A stretch of DNA of 32,000 nucleotides from the NCBI RefSeq assembly GCF_000020025.1, contig NC_010628.1, positions 960,001 to 992,000 of the forward strand. Reading direction: 5' to 3'. The DNA is from Nostoc punctiforme PCC 73102. GTDB taxonomy: Bacteria; Cyanobacteriota; Cyanobacteriia; Cyanobacteriales; Nostocaceae. Below the pieces are notes generated by a model. The model saw nothing but the letters and a program-made list of their open reading frames with translations. It did no database searches and was not told the origin of the DNA. A program made the position numbers and the translations under genes. The first letter of the stretch is position 1; each line of letters begins with the position of its first letter. Of the stretch, positions 9,867-20,083 are shown piece after piece.

Positions 9867-10142
9867 TTAAGCTTGTTCCTGCTGTTCTAACCAAGCTACT
9901 AAATCAGCAACTTCAGAAAAATCAAGCAAATCTTCTCCCAAATTTTCTAACTGTTCAGCAGATAAATTCCGAACCTGCTCACCTAACGATCCAGCGATAT
10001 CACCAAAACGCCGTTTAAGTAGACAACTTATTAATTTAAAAGCTTCTTTTTGAACGATATCTTGATAAATTACAGATTCTTTCATAATATCCCCCCGTAA
10101 AAATTGCCGTACCAAATCCTTTTCAAACCACAAACCCGCCAA
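9867..10142 (-). pseudogene. 3' fragment of an Rpn/YhgA-like gene; only the DUF4351-type C-terminus remains
   Basis: LAGLWFEKDLVRQFLRGDIMKESVIYQDI ... LLKRRFGDI ... LSAEQLENLGEDLLDF is the typical C-terminal part of roughly 300-aa Rpn-family proteins. A stop codon lies immediately upstream in frame. The nuclease domain is missing and groEL follows within about 115 bp. Confidence 0.55.
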
Positions 10143-10193
10143 GCTAAATATTTACAAGCCTTGTCGTAACTCACCCTCTTCCTCTTCTTTTGA

Positions 10194-10234
10194 CACAAAA
10201 AAACAGCCGCCTCCACAAGGGAAGCAGCTGTTTT
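10194..10234 (-). terminator. Rho-independent terminator of groEL
   Basis: On the minus strand: aaaacagcugcuucc-cuugu-ggaggcggcuguuuuuuu. The stem is 11+ bp including G-U pairs, followed by a U-run. Confidence 0.75.
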
Positions 10235-10257
10235 ACAAATTATGTAACTAGAAAGTA

Positions 10258-11975
<1,718 letters not shown>

Positions 11976-11986
11976 ACTAATGACCA

Positions 11987-12298
11987 CTAAATAACGACTG
12001 CTAAAATATCTTTTTCAGAAAGCAGTACATATTCTTCGGTGCCGAGCTTGATGTCAGTGCCAGCGTACTTGGAGTACAACACTTTATCACCGACTTTAAT
12101 TTCCAATTCCTGACGGCTACCGTCTTCGTTACGCTTGCCAGGGCCAAGGGCAACTACTTCCCCTACCTGGGGCTTTTCCTTGGCGGTATCGGGCAAATAC
12201 AGACCACCTGCGGTCTTTTCCTCTGAGGCGTTCACTTTTACGAAAACGCGATCGCTCAAAGGTTTAACTGTAGAAACGCTTAAAGATAAGGCTGCCAT
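11987..12298 (-). CDS. groES: Co-chaperonin GroES
   Basis: 103 aa. [12 protein letters not shown]...[28 protein letters not shown]. Confidence 0.98.
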   Translation of the reverse strand: MAALSLSVSTVKPLSDRVFVKVNASEEKTAGGLYLPDTAKEKPQVGEVVALGPGKRNEDGSRQELEIKVGDKVLYSKYAGTDIKLGTEEYVLLSEKDILAVVI

Positions 12299-12316
12299 AA
12301 TTATTTTCTCCAGAGA

Positions 12317-12343
12317 TTAGCACTCTCAACCCCTGAGTGCTAA
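12317..12343 (-). promoter_or_regulatory. CIRCE operator (HrcA binding site)
   Basis: Perfect TTAGCACTC-N9-GAGTGCTAA, located 19-45 nt upstream of the groES ATG. Confidence 0.93.
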
Positions 12344-12371
12344 TTTACCTAAAATTGGCATCCAATGGCAA
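12342..12371 (-). promoter_or_regulatory. Candidate sigma70-type groESL promoter
   Basis: On the minus strand: TTGCCA (12371-12366), an 18-nt spacer, then TAAATT (12347-12342) overlapping the CIRCE left arm. By-eye call only. Confidence 0.3.
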
Positions 12372-12382
12372 GAATTCCTTGA

Positions 12383-12398
12383 GTACGGGTTCCCGAAC
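12383..12398 (-). promoter_or_regulatory. K-box-like element (light/heat-responsive groE element of cyanobacteria)
   Basis: The minus strand reads GTTCGG-GAAC-CCGTAC. This fits the consensus GTTCGG-NNAN-CCNNAC as I recall it from the literature. It lies just upstream of the candidate -35. Confidence 0.5.
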
Positions 12399-12656
12399 TA
12401 GAAGAGCGTTGATGTACTTAAGTATTAATGCCTAATTATTTATATCCTTCGGGTTCTGCTCTGTAAGTTACGTATATTTTTATATGGTCATAGGGAGTCG
12501 GGAGTAGTGAAGAGTTTTCCCAATGCCCAATTTTGAGAGACTCTGATCAGTACAAGTTGCCCAATGCCCCATTCTCTTCTCAGTCAACTTTTTTTGCAAA
12601 GCTGGGAAATTGTTATAGAACTGTAATCAGGGAGCTGCTCGATAAGTAACAATACA

Positions 12657-13118
12657 GTGATCCAGTCAACCCATCAAATCCCCAAAGCCACTAAATCTCT
12701 AGTAGAATATAATGCCCTGAGTAATTGTGTAGAAAGTTTTGGACTTGCAAAAATTCAGCGACACATTTTTATTTGCGCTGACCAGACAATTGCTAATTGC
12801 TGCTCAAAACGAGCTAGTCTGGAATCCTGGGAATACTTAAAAGAGCGACTTAAAGAGTTAAAACTTGATGAGTCGCAACAGAATTATTCCTTATGCGTCT
12901 ACAGAACTAAAGCCAACTGCTTGCGCGTTTGTTGTTCTAGACGCATAATGGTGGTTTACCTTGATGGTGTCTGGTATCGCCAAGCAAACCTGGAAGTTAT
13001 TGAGCGGATCATCCAAGAACACTTAATAGGCAATAAGGTGGTAAAAGAATATGCGTTTTTCAACCATCCTTTGCCAGAAACTTCCCTAGTTTATTGTGAA
13101 CACCTCATAGAGGCTTAA
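12657..13118 (+). CDS. Thioredoxin-like (2Fe-2S) ferredoxin-domain protein
   Basis: 153 aa. HIFICADQT..NCCSK, SWEYLKERLKEL, TKANCLRVCC..IMVVYLDGVWY and VIERIIQEHLIGNKVV match the cyanobacterial family pattern. The start codon (GTG 12657) is uncertain. Confidence 0.65.
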   Translation: MIQSTHQIPKATKSLVEYNALSNCVESFGLAKIQRHIFICADQTIANCCSKRASLESWEYLKERLKELKLDESQQNYSLCVYRTKANCLRVCCSRRIMVVYLDGVWYRQANLEVIERIIQEHLIGNKVVKEYAFFNHPLPETSLVYCEHLIEA

Positions 13119-13446
13119 CAACCGAAGGATATGGAACAGCAGTAAGCTTTAAGAAAGTGCGGGTTGGTTTTGAGGTAGGGTCATCTTTAAGCCAATACTT
13201 ACTTGTGAGTCAGAAGGATATTATTTAATCAGTGTTTTTTCGCCCGCCACTTTCAATGCGATATATAATAGCGCATTATAGATACTACTGCTATACGTAT
13301 CCTTGCTGGACTTTTGCTATCGAGCTATTAGTCTCTTGAAAATGCTCGGCATTTTTGAGACTTCGAGACAGCAAAGGCAAGTTAAGTAGGAAAAAGGACA
13401 ACATCTCGAAATAACCCACCATAGAGGATAAATATTCAAGACTTTG

Positions 13447-14124
13447 ATGGACCGAAGCGCGACAAGTGCCACTGCTATGAAAGAGCCCAGCATGAAAGAT
13501 CACAAACGACTTCTATTGATTGATGATGACCCTAACCTCATCTTGCTGGTGAAGGATTACTTAGAATTCCGGGGATACGAAGTCATCACCGCCGAGAATG
13601 GACGTGAAGCTCTGGAAATTTTAGAGCAAGATGTTCCAGACATGATTATCTGCGACGTGATGATGCCGGAAATGGACGGATATACTTTTGTGGAACAAGT
13701 CCGGCAAAACGAACGCACCAGTTGGATTCCGGTTCTTTTCCTTTCAGCTAAGGGACAAAGCGCAGACCGAGTTAAGGGTCTGAATAAAGGTGCTGATGTT
13801 TATATGGTCAAGCCCTTTGAACCAGAAGAACTCGTAGCCCAAGTTGAATCCTCGCTGAAACAAACTATCCGTTGGAAAGAACACCAAGCAAAAGGAGGCG
13901 AAAACGGTTCCCGCATCCAGGTTCCCTTCGATGTGCAATTAACCCCAACCGAACTGAAAGTAGTCCAGTTTGTCGCTAGGGGTTTAGCTAACCGGGAAAT
14001 TGCTGAAGAACTAAATGTTAGTCAGCGCACGGTTGAAAGCCATGTGTCCAATATGTTGGGCAAAACCAATCTCCATAACCGCACTGAACTAGCGCGGTGG
14101 GCGATTGAAAATCAAATGGCCTAA
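13447..14124 (+). CDS. Response regulator, REC plus LuxR/NarL-type HTH
   Basis: RLLLIDDDP, MIICDVMMPEMDG and SAKG place the REC domain. C-terminal LTPTELKVVQFVARGLANREIAEELNVSQRTVESHVSNML places the HTH. The start may be a downstream ATG at 13477 or 13492. Confidence 0.88.
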   Translation: MDRSATSATAMKEPSMKDHKRLLLIDDDPNLILLVKDYLEFRGYEVITAENGREALEILEQDVPDMIICDVMMPEMDGYTFVEQVRQNERTSWIPVLFLSAKGQSADRVKGLNKGADVYMVKPFEPEELVAQVESSLKQTIRWKEHQAKGGENGSRIQVPFDVQLTPTELKVVQFVARGLANREIAEELNVSQRTVESHVSNMLGKTNLHNRTELARWAIENQMA

Positions 14125-14130
14125 AACCAG

Positions 14131-14190
14131 TAACGAGTGCTGAGTGCTGAGTGCTGAGTGTTTTTGACTCAGCACTCATAACTCAGGACT
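14131..14190. terminator. STRR (GTGCTGA x3) hairpin between convergent genes; putative bidirectional terminator
   Basis: GAGTGCTGAG (14149-14158) pairs with CTCAGCACTC (14168-14177). No clear U-run on either strand. Confidence 0.45.
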
Positions 14191-14201
14191 GAGAATTTAA
14201 T

Positions 14202-14510
14202 TTACCAGCCATCTTCTTCAGGGCTGGATTGGTACAAAACTTCTAAATCCAGTTCATCTAGGTAAGTTAGGGCACTTTCAATCTGAGAAACAGTACCTCG
14301 CAGTTCCAGATCGAAGCAGCTATATTGTGGCACGTTTGCGCTTACCTGAGCATCAGCAATAATAACTGTGATCCCATAGTGAGAAACCAGTCGTGAAATG
14401 ACTGGTTCCTCATGCAAGTCTTTAGGGATGCGAACCTGGATGCGAGTTTGGGTGCGTCTATTATCTAAAATATCTGTATTAGATTTTACTTCTTTATTTG
14501 GAATTGCCAT
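14202..14510 (-). CDS. NIL-domain (ferredoxin-fold) protein
   Basis: 102 aa. RIQVRIPKDLHEEPVISRLVSHYGITVIIADAQV ... FDLELRGTVSQIESALTYL is typical of small cyanobacterial NIL-domain proteins. Confidence 0.7.
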   Translation of the reverse strand: MAIPNKEVKSNTDILDNRRTQTRIQVRIPKDLHEEPVISRLVSHYGITVIIADAQVSANVPQYSCFDLELRGTVSQIESALTYLDELDLEVLYQSSPEEDGW

Positions 14511-14809
14511 TCTAGCTTTCTACTCGACTTCTGGGATGAGGGTTTTAGTTTGCACGATTTCTTTTAACACTAAGTCACTTATCCCACGCAGGCAAGCAAG
14601 AAAGTATTTACCTTTGCAAACCATTAATCTAGATACAAGTAGGTCAATCGCATCTTTTGGCCTGAAACCAGCCAATTCTAGCTAGATTCTTCTAATTCCT
14701 TGTGTCAAACCTGATTGAGATGCTCTTACCCTGGAAAAGTTGTCATCATCAATTTTCTGTCTTGGAGTTACGATCAATATAGTAAACGTTGTATCTGATA
14801 TACAAAATC

Positions 14810-15025
14810 ATGCTACCTTTTAAGAAAAAAATTGTGACTGATGAAGCCATGCGTCCGGTAGCAGTGTTGATTGATTATCAGGACTGGCAGCAAATTGAGA
14901 AGATATTAGAAGCTCATCAATCACAACAAAAACAAGAGTTTAATTTAAACCACTATGCAGGTGTAATTCAACTAACTCAAGACCCTTTGGAATATCAGAA
15001 GCAAATTAGGGATGAGTGGTGTTGA
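14810..15025 (+). CDS. Putative type II antitoxin (VapB-like partner of the PIN toxin)
   Basis: 71 aa from ATG 14810. RPVAVLIDYQDWQQIEKILE. Its stop (TGA 15023-15025) overlaps the start region of the downstream PIN gene. Confidence 0.65.
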   Translation: MLPFKKKIVTDEAMRPVAVLIDYQDWQQIEKILEAHQSQQKQEFNLNHYAGVIQLTQDPLEYQKQIRDEWC

Positions 15026-15390
15026 CACAAGCTTTGATTTTTTTAGATACAAATGTAGTTTTGTACTTTTTGGGTGGTCGCTTGGTAAACCCACTATCAT
15101 CAGGACAATATTTTATTTCAGTGATTACTGAGATTGAATTACTCTCTTATCCGAGTCTCAGTCTAGAAGAAGAAACACAAATTGTTGATTTTTTAAATAA
15201 AATTCCAGTTGTTGGTATTGATAATAATATTAAAAAGTTAGCAATTGCAATTTGGAAACAACACAAACTCAGGCTTCCTGACGCAATAATTGCAGCAACT
15301 GCAAAATTTCTAAATGCAACATTGTTTACAAATGATGTAAGATTGGTTAATTTAACAGAAATTAATACTCAGTCAGTGCAAATTGTGTAA
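15016..15390 (+). CDS. vapC: PIN-domain toxin VapC
   Basis: 124 aa. The PIN acidic residues lie in FLDTNVV, ITEIELLS, LPDAIIAATA and FTNDVRL. Confidence 0.85.
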   Translation: MVLTQALIFLDTNVVLYFLGGRLVNPLSSGQYFISVITEIELLSYPSLSLEEETQIVDFLNKIPVVGIDNNIKKLAIAIWKQHKLRLPDAIIAATAKFLNATLFTNDVRLVNLTEINTQSVQIV

Positions 15391-15499
15391 TTGGTGCGAT
15401 CGCGCCTACATGAATTTACAAAAGGATATTCCAGATAGCTTACACTAAGAAAAAATTGCTGTTAGAGTCATAGAAACCTAAAATTTGGCGAAATATGTG

Positions 15500-16000
15500 C
15501 TATCTCTTTCGCAACTGTATTAGCTGTTGTTGAATTTGAATCACCTGTTGCTTTTGCTCTAAAGTTTCATATAGCTTCTGTGCCTCTCTCAAATTAAGGA
15601 CTGCTTGCTCTTTCTTTCCAGTGGCTACAAACACATCTGCCAGACCCTTTTGGGCTATGGCTTGCTGGTTGACATCGGTTGCGCGTTGCAACCCTTGACG
15701 ATAACTAGACTCCGACTGAGGATATTTTTTCTGTAGCCCATAGAAATAGCCTAGAAGTAAGTAATCATCTCCTGTTGCTTTTTCTTCTCTGATTGCATTT
15801 TTCAGTCTCGCAATTTGTTCATCAGGCGGTTTATTCGGAGGACCACTGTTACCGCCTTTACCAAGGATTATGCACACCCATAACACATATTGGCACTTAT
15901 CAGCTTGGGCAATACAAGTATTAATTGCTAACACGGCAGTTATGAGCGTTAAGGTCAAAACTGTAGAAAGGGACTTGTTAAGATACATCAACATTTGCAT
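15500..16000 (-). CDS. Secreted or lipid-anchored TPR-like protein
   Basis: 166 aa. N-terminal signal-like hydrophobic segment LSTVLTLTLITAVLAINTCIAQA, then TPR-like helices (YLLLGYFYGLQKKYPQSESSYRQGLQ). Confidence 0.65.
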   Translation of the reverse strand: MQMLMYLNKSLSTVLTLTLITAVLAINTCIAQADKCQYVLWVCIILGKGGNSGPPNKPPDEQIARLKNAIREEKATGDDYLLLGYFYGLQKKYPQSESSYRQGLQRATDVNQQAIAQKGLADVFVATGKKEQAVLNLREAQKLYETLEQKQQVIQIQQQLIQLRKR

Positions 16001-16078
16001 TTCTCCTTGACCTTGAAAGTGTTAAATTAAACTTTTTGCCTAAGTATTAATATTTGTATTTTAGAAACTTTCTCAATT

Positions 16079-16108
16079 TATAATAGTACCCTTGAGGGTA
16101 CTATTATA
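16079..16108. other. Perfect 13-bp inverted repeat with a 4-nt loop
   Basis: TATAATAGTACCC-ttga-GGGTACTATTATA, between the ATPase-TM-TPR gene and the secreted TPR gene. Confidence 0.9.
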
Positions 16109-16177
16109 TTTAATTGTCGGATAAAAGAAGAATATCAATAAGGGTCTTGATATTTGAATTAAAATTGCTCAATCAAT

Positions 16178-18142
16178 CTAATAATCAGAACCAATGCGTT
16201 GCTTTGCAAAATCAATCCAAACCTTCTCATCGGGGTGTTCTGGATCACCAAATTTCCGGCATTTCTGCCATTGAGTCAGTGCTTCCTTCTTGCTACCCTT
16301 GCTTTCTAATACTTGTGCTAGTAAGCAGTGAGCCGACCCGATCTTTTCCTCTATGACAATAGCTTCTCGTAGGGTAGACTCAGCGTCTGCATAGCGTTTT
16401 TGCCCGAATTGTGCCCAACCCAAGTTTTTGAAAAGGGCATACTTCACCCTATCTACTGGTTGTAGTTTCAAACCTTTCAAGAGTAGTGCAATAGCTTGGG
16501 GATATTCTTTCTCCAAAATATACAGGCGAGCTAATTCACTGTAAGCTGAGGGGAAATTTTCTTCCCGTATAGCAGCTTCTAAGTTGTTGCGGGCATTATT
16601 TAAGTCGTTTAATTTTATATAAACTAATGCCCGGTTGTAGTAGGCTCTTTCGTAGCCCGAGTTTAATAAAAGTGCTAAATCGTATGCCTGTAATGCTGTT
16701 TGCATTTTACCAGTCTGGTAAAATTCCAGCCCTACATTGTTGAACAAAATAGCTGTCTGTTTCGCCGTAAGAATAATGGTGATGCCAGCCAACAAAAAGC
16801 CTATGATCGTAGTAACAACCCCTACACGAATGCCTGCTTTCTTTGCTTTTGTTTCTGCCTTCAAAGCAATTTGAAAGTTTCGTTTGTCGAGTTCTTGGCT
16901 GGCGGTTAAAAATTGATAATCTTGCTGATTCAGATTTTTGTCAGCCGCCCATACCATAGCATCCTGCAACGCTTGTCCCCGAAGCAAGCGTGACTCATCT
17001 TTACTCCCGTTAGCTATCCAGGTATTTAGTGCCTCTGCATACGGTCGAAGTTCCGCCAGAGCTTTATTAACCCAAAGCTCATTAAAAACCATTGCATAAA
17101 TGCTGTTATAAGTTCTCAGCTTGGACTCACGTCTGACTACCAATCCTGTCAGCCTTAATTCCATTTGTTCTGTGCTGTCATCGGCTAGCACTTCTTTTTG
17201 TTGCAAAATTTGCTGATATAAACCTAGTAACCTACCAGCACGTTGTTTATTATGCAAAATCCGATTGCGTATAGTTCTTAAATGCTCTGGCTCGTCTCGT
17301 GATTCCCAATTTTCGATGATGTGCGATCGCACCAATTCTTCAACACCAGCCGCTTCTATGTCAACATGGATGAGTTGACAAAGCTTCTGGGTAAGAAATG
17401 GTTGTCCACCCGTCCAAGCTAAAACCTCACCTAGCACTGCTTGGGGATTGCTAACTTTCCCCACTAATCCTTGGGCTAATAGTTTGGCTTCATGAAGTTG
17501 GAAACCGTTGAGTTCAATTGCTCTACCAATGTTAAATGGGGTGCGGTTTTTATCTTGAATCAAATCCGAGGGTGTAGCCACTCCTAGCAGCGTAAAAGTA
17601 AGACAGTTATACCGTGGCTTATCAGCACGCTGATTATAACAGTCTCGAATCAAAGCAAAAAAATCGTCAATCGAAAAACTCAGGCTGAGAATACTGTCGA
17701 TTTCATCTACAAAAATGACAATTGATTGAGACATCTCAACTAGCAGAACTTCTTCGATAAATTCGCTCAATCGCTGTACCGGAGAAAGATGATCGCGATC
17801 GCGCCACCAACTGCGTAAATGAAACTTTCCTGAAAGCTCAAAACTACTTACCAAAACACGTACTAAACCGGCATACCACTGATCTGGTGTAAGATACTGA
17901 CTACCAATCTTCGTCAAATCGATTCCCGCACAAGCAATGTCTTCATTTTGCAGCTTTTGCATAGTTTGCACTCGCAAGCTAGACTTGCCCATCTGCCGTG
18001 AGTTTAGAACATAACAAAATTCTCTAGCCTTTAATGCCACATACAAATCTGTATCTGCTTGTCGCACTACATAAGTAGGCGCATCAACTGGTAAACTGCC
18101 ACCAACTTGATATTCATAAGCTGAGTTTTGTTCTATGTTCAT
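16178..18142 (-). CDS. AAA-like (STAND/ORC-like) ATPase fused to one transmembrane helix and C-terminal TPR repeats
   Basis: 654 aa. N-terminus [24 protein letters not shown]. Walker A-like SRQMGKSS (aa 48-55) and Walker [10 protein letters not shown] (aa 141-149). Also [17 protein letters not shown] and a WH-like LTGLVV...[16 protein letters not shown] helix [23 protein letters not shown] (aa 438-460, nt 16763-16831), then about 5 TPR-like repeats. Confidence 0.85.
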   Translation of the reverse strand: MNIEQNSAYEYQVGGSLPVDAPTYVVRQADTDLYVALKAREFCYVLNSRQMGKSSLRVQTMQKLQNEDIACAGIDLTKIGSQYLTPDQWYAGLVRVLVSSFELSGKFHLRSWWRDRDHLSPVQRLSEFIEEVLLVEMSQSIVIFVDEIDSILSLSFSIDDFFALIRDCYNQRADKPRYNCLTFTLLGVATPSDLIQDKNRTPFNIGRAIELNGFQLHEAKLLAQGLVGKVSNPQAVLGEVLAWTGGQPFLTQKLCQLIHVDIEAAGVEELVRSHIIENWESRDEPEHLRTIRNRILHNKQRAGRLLGLYQQILQQKEVLADDSTEQMELRLTGLVVRRESKLRTYNSIYAMVFNELWVNKALAELRPYAEALNTWIANGSKDESRLLRGQALQDAMVWAADKNLNQQDYQFLTASQELDKRNFQIALKAETKAKKAGIRVGVVTTIIGFLLAGITIILTAKQTAILFNNVGLEFYQTGKMQTALQAYDLALLLNSGYERAYYNRALVYIKLNDLNNARNNLEAAIREENFPSAYSELARLYILEKEYPQAIALLLKGLKLQPVDRVKYALFKNLGWAQFGQKRYADAESTLREAIVIEEKIGSAHCLLAQVLESKGSKKEALTQWQKCRKFGDPEHPDEKVWIDFAKQRIGSDY

Positions 18143-19713
18143 CAGCTAACTCTCAAGCGATCGCGTAAATATTGACGATACAAATCACAACGTGGTGTTA
18201 CATCATTTCCTTGCTGTTGCAATAAGCCCATGCTGAGTAATTTAAAGCATTGTATCGAATCCAACCGAACTGGGCTAGTATTGGCAACTACTTTCTTGAT
18301 CGCAACAGCTAATTCTGGGCACTGTTCTAAATTCCACAAATGCCGACGTAAATGATCGCTATAAGGCCCAGCTTCTGTAGGTGCTGTTTGTAATAGCATA
18401 TTGAGCGTAGTATCCTGTCTCGCAATTTGATAAAGTCCTACTCGAACAAGATACGGATGCCCGCCCACCATTGCCATTAGTTGTTCAACTTGGGTAAAAC
18501 TCCAATTGAGCCCATGCCTTTGTGCCAAATCAAGAATCTGTTGGGCGTTGAACTCTGGTAACTCAATCGATAAGCCTACATTAAACGGCGATTGATTAAT
18601 ATTCATAGGAATATAGACTTCGGTGGAATGCACTACAACCATCCGCAGTTTTTTCCAAATCTCCCGATTTTTGCCATCCTCATGCCAAGCGCGTAATAGC
18701 CCAAAAAAGTCAGAGGCAATTTCAGGATGTTGGAATACACAATCGACTTCATCCAATCCCAAAACTATCGGTTTATTGATTTCTGCCAGAAGATACTCTT
18801 CAAAATAAGCGGTACAGTTATCTTTACTGCCAAAAATATCGTCCCAGTAGTCTGCTAACTTGTTGGGTATGCTCAACCTTCGTCCGACACTGGCACAAAA
18901 CCACTTAAGGAACTTATCCAAATCTGCAAAAACCTTTCCATCTGCCAATTGAAAACTCAAAGGCACGGTTAGATAATCTTGTTGTGACGCTCGATGAAGA
19001 ATGCGCGCCATAAGTGAGGTTTTACCCATCTGCCGGGGAGCTTTAATCCGAATCAAAGATCCTGGCTTCAAAATTGCCTCGTAGCAACGAGATTCGATGG
19101 GAAGACGCTCGATATAAAACGCCGAAGCCAAATCCACCTGTCCTTCAGGTAATTCTGGTTCTGCCACTGGCAAAGGCGGTGAGAGAGTCAGAGGGTGAGG
19201 GGGTGATGAAGGGAAAAAATCACTACTCATCTCTCCATCTGCCAATCTTTCTACATCCCCGTTTGCCAGTAAACTAAAAATTTCCTGTAAAATTTTGGCG
19301 GTATCAGTAGCCGACTTCCACTCTCGCTGCTGAATCTGTTGTAAATAACCCCGCAAATCATAATTTAGTGGCGTACTCCAAGTGAGGTTGACGCGAATGG
19401 GCAAAATCACTGGCTTATGCTCATCACTGCCATCCCGTAACTCTTTGGCCTGTCTCACCTCTTCTGTCACCATCTCGCTAGTTGCCGATCGCTCAGACAA
19501 CAGCAACAAAAAGTAATCACACTGTTTTAATTCTTCATCAATACGTTGAGGCCATTTTTCCCCTAAGCGAATACTTTCGCTTGCCATGAATGCTTCGTGT
19601 CCAGCAGTTTTAATAGCTTCATAAAAATCCTTGGCAAGGCTCAAGTCTGGATCTTGGCTGCGGTAGCTAATGAAAAATCTAGCGCTTTTGCTGGCTGCTG
19701 GCAAAGTTGGCAT
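18142..19713 (-). CDS. TIR-domain protein fused to an AAA-like (STAND/ORC-like) ATPase
   Basis: The ORF is open to a TTG at 19743, but ATG 19713 (MPTLPAAS) is the likelier start. TIR-like FFISYRSQD...[17 protein letters not shown]...[22 protein letters not shown]. Pro-rich linker [24 protein letters not shown]. Then [35 protein letters not shown] and a WH-like LLSMGLL...DLYRQYL. Its stop overlaps the start of the downstream gene (TGATG). Confidence 0.85.
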   Translation of the reverse strand: MPTLPAASKSARFFISYRSQDPDLSLAKDFYEAIKTAGHEAFMASESIRLGEKWPQRIDEELKQCDYFLLLLSERSATSEMVTEEVRQAKELRDGSDEHKPVILPIRVNLTWSTPLNYDLRGYLQQIQQREWKSATDTAKILQEIFSLLANGDVERLADGEMSSDFFPSSPPHPLTLSPPLPVAEPELPEGQVDLASAFYIERLPIESRCYEAILKPGSLIRIKAPRQMGKTSLMARILHRASQQDYLTVPLSFQLADGKVFADLDKFLKWFCASVGRRLSIPNKLADYWDDIFGSKDNCTAYFEEYLLAEINKPIVLGLDEVDCVFQHPEIASDFFGLLRAWHEDGKNREIWKKLRMVVVHSTEVYIPMNINQSPFNVGLSIELPEFNAQQILDLAQRHGLNWSFTQVEQLMAMVGGHPYLVRVGLYQIARQDTTLNMLLQTAPTEAGPYSDHLRRHLWNLEQCPELAVAIKKVVANTSPVRLDSIQCFKLLSMGLLQQQGNDVTPRCDLYRQYLRDRLRVS

Positions 19714-20083
19714 AGTCGGATAAATATCCAGAAATTTTGACAAATTTGACGATATTATTGCAATTTATGGAATCGAAGCCTAGTTTTTACTTTTTTCTAA
19801 ACAACTTACTAGTAGCCGATACTCGACCTACTGGTACATTTAGTAACTAAAATTTTGCCGCTATCCTCTGTATCCAGTTCTAAAAGTTTAGGAGCCATAA
19901 TTCAATTAGCTTGTAGCTATCTGCTAAAAAGGTCAGTAAAGTAGTTTTTAAAACACATTTATATAAATTTCTTAGTAAATAATTTTTCTTTGGAGGAAGT
20001 TTCCTTAAGAGAACTATCTCAAAAACTATACCAATAAACCAGTTTCCCTAAAAATTTACTTTTATCCCGTACCTTGCATCTAT

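Noticed and set aside
8998-10142. Idea that the two gene remnants flanking hicBA are halves of one gene split by an inversion or insertion
   Set aside because: As far as I can tell, the N-terminal remnant (DSSWKE..YFP / NPFGVIVMAHLK) and the C-terminal remnant (LAGLWFEKDL..DIMKESVIYQ..DUF4351) belong to two different families. Each already covers non-complementary parts of its family.
12657-13118. Suspicion that the ferredoxin-like protein has lost its cluster ligands (CCSRR and YLDG where I expected C..GP and YPDG)
   Set aside because: Four plausibly spaced cysteines remain (FIC, NCC, NCLRVC). My memory of the family consensus is not reliable enough to claim degeneration without an alignment.
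16114-16356. 80-aa plus-strand ORF overlapping the 3' end of the ATPase-TM-TPR gene
   Set aside because: It is antisense to a long, motif-rich ORF and starts inside the palindrome-containing spacer. It has no family resemblance.
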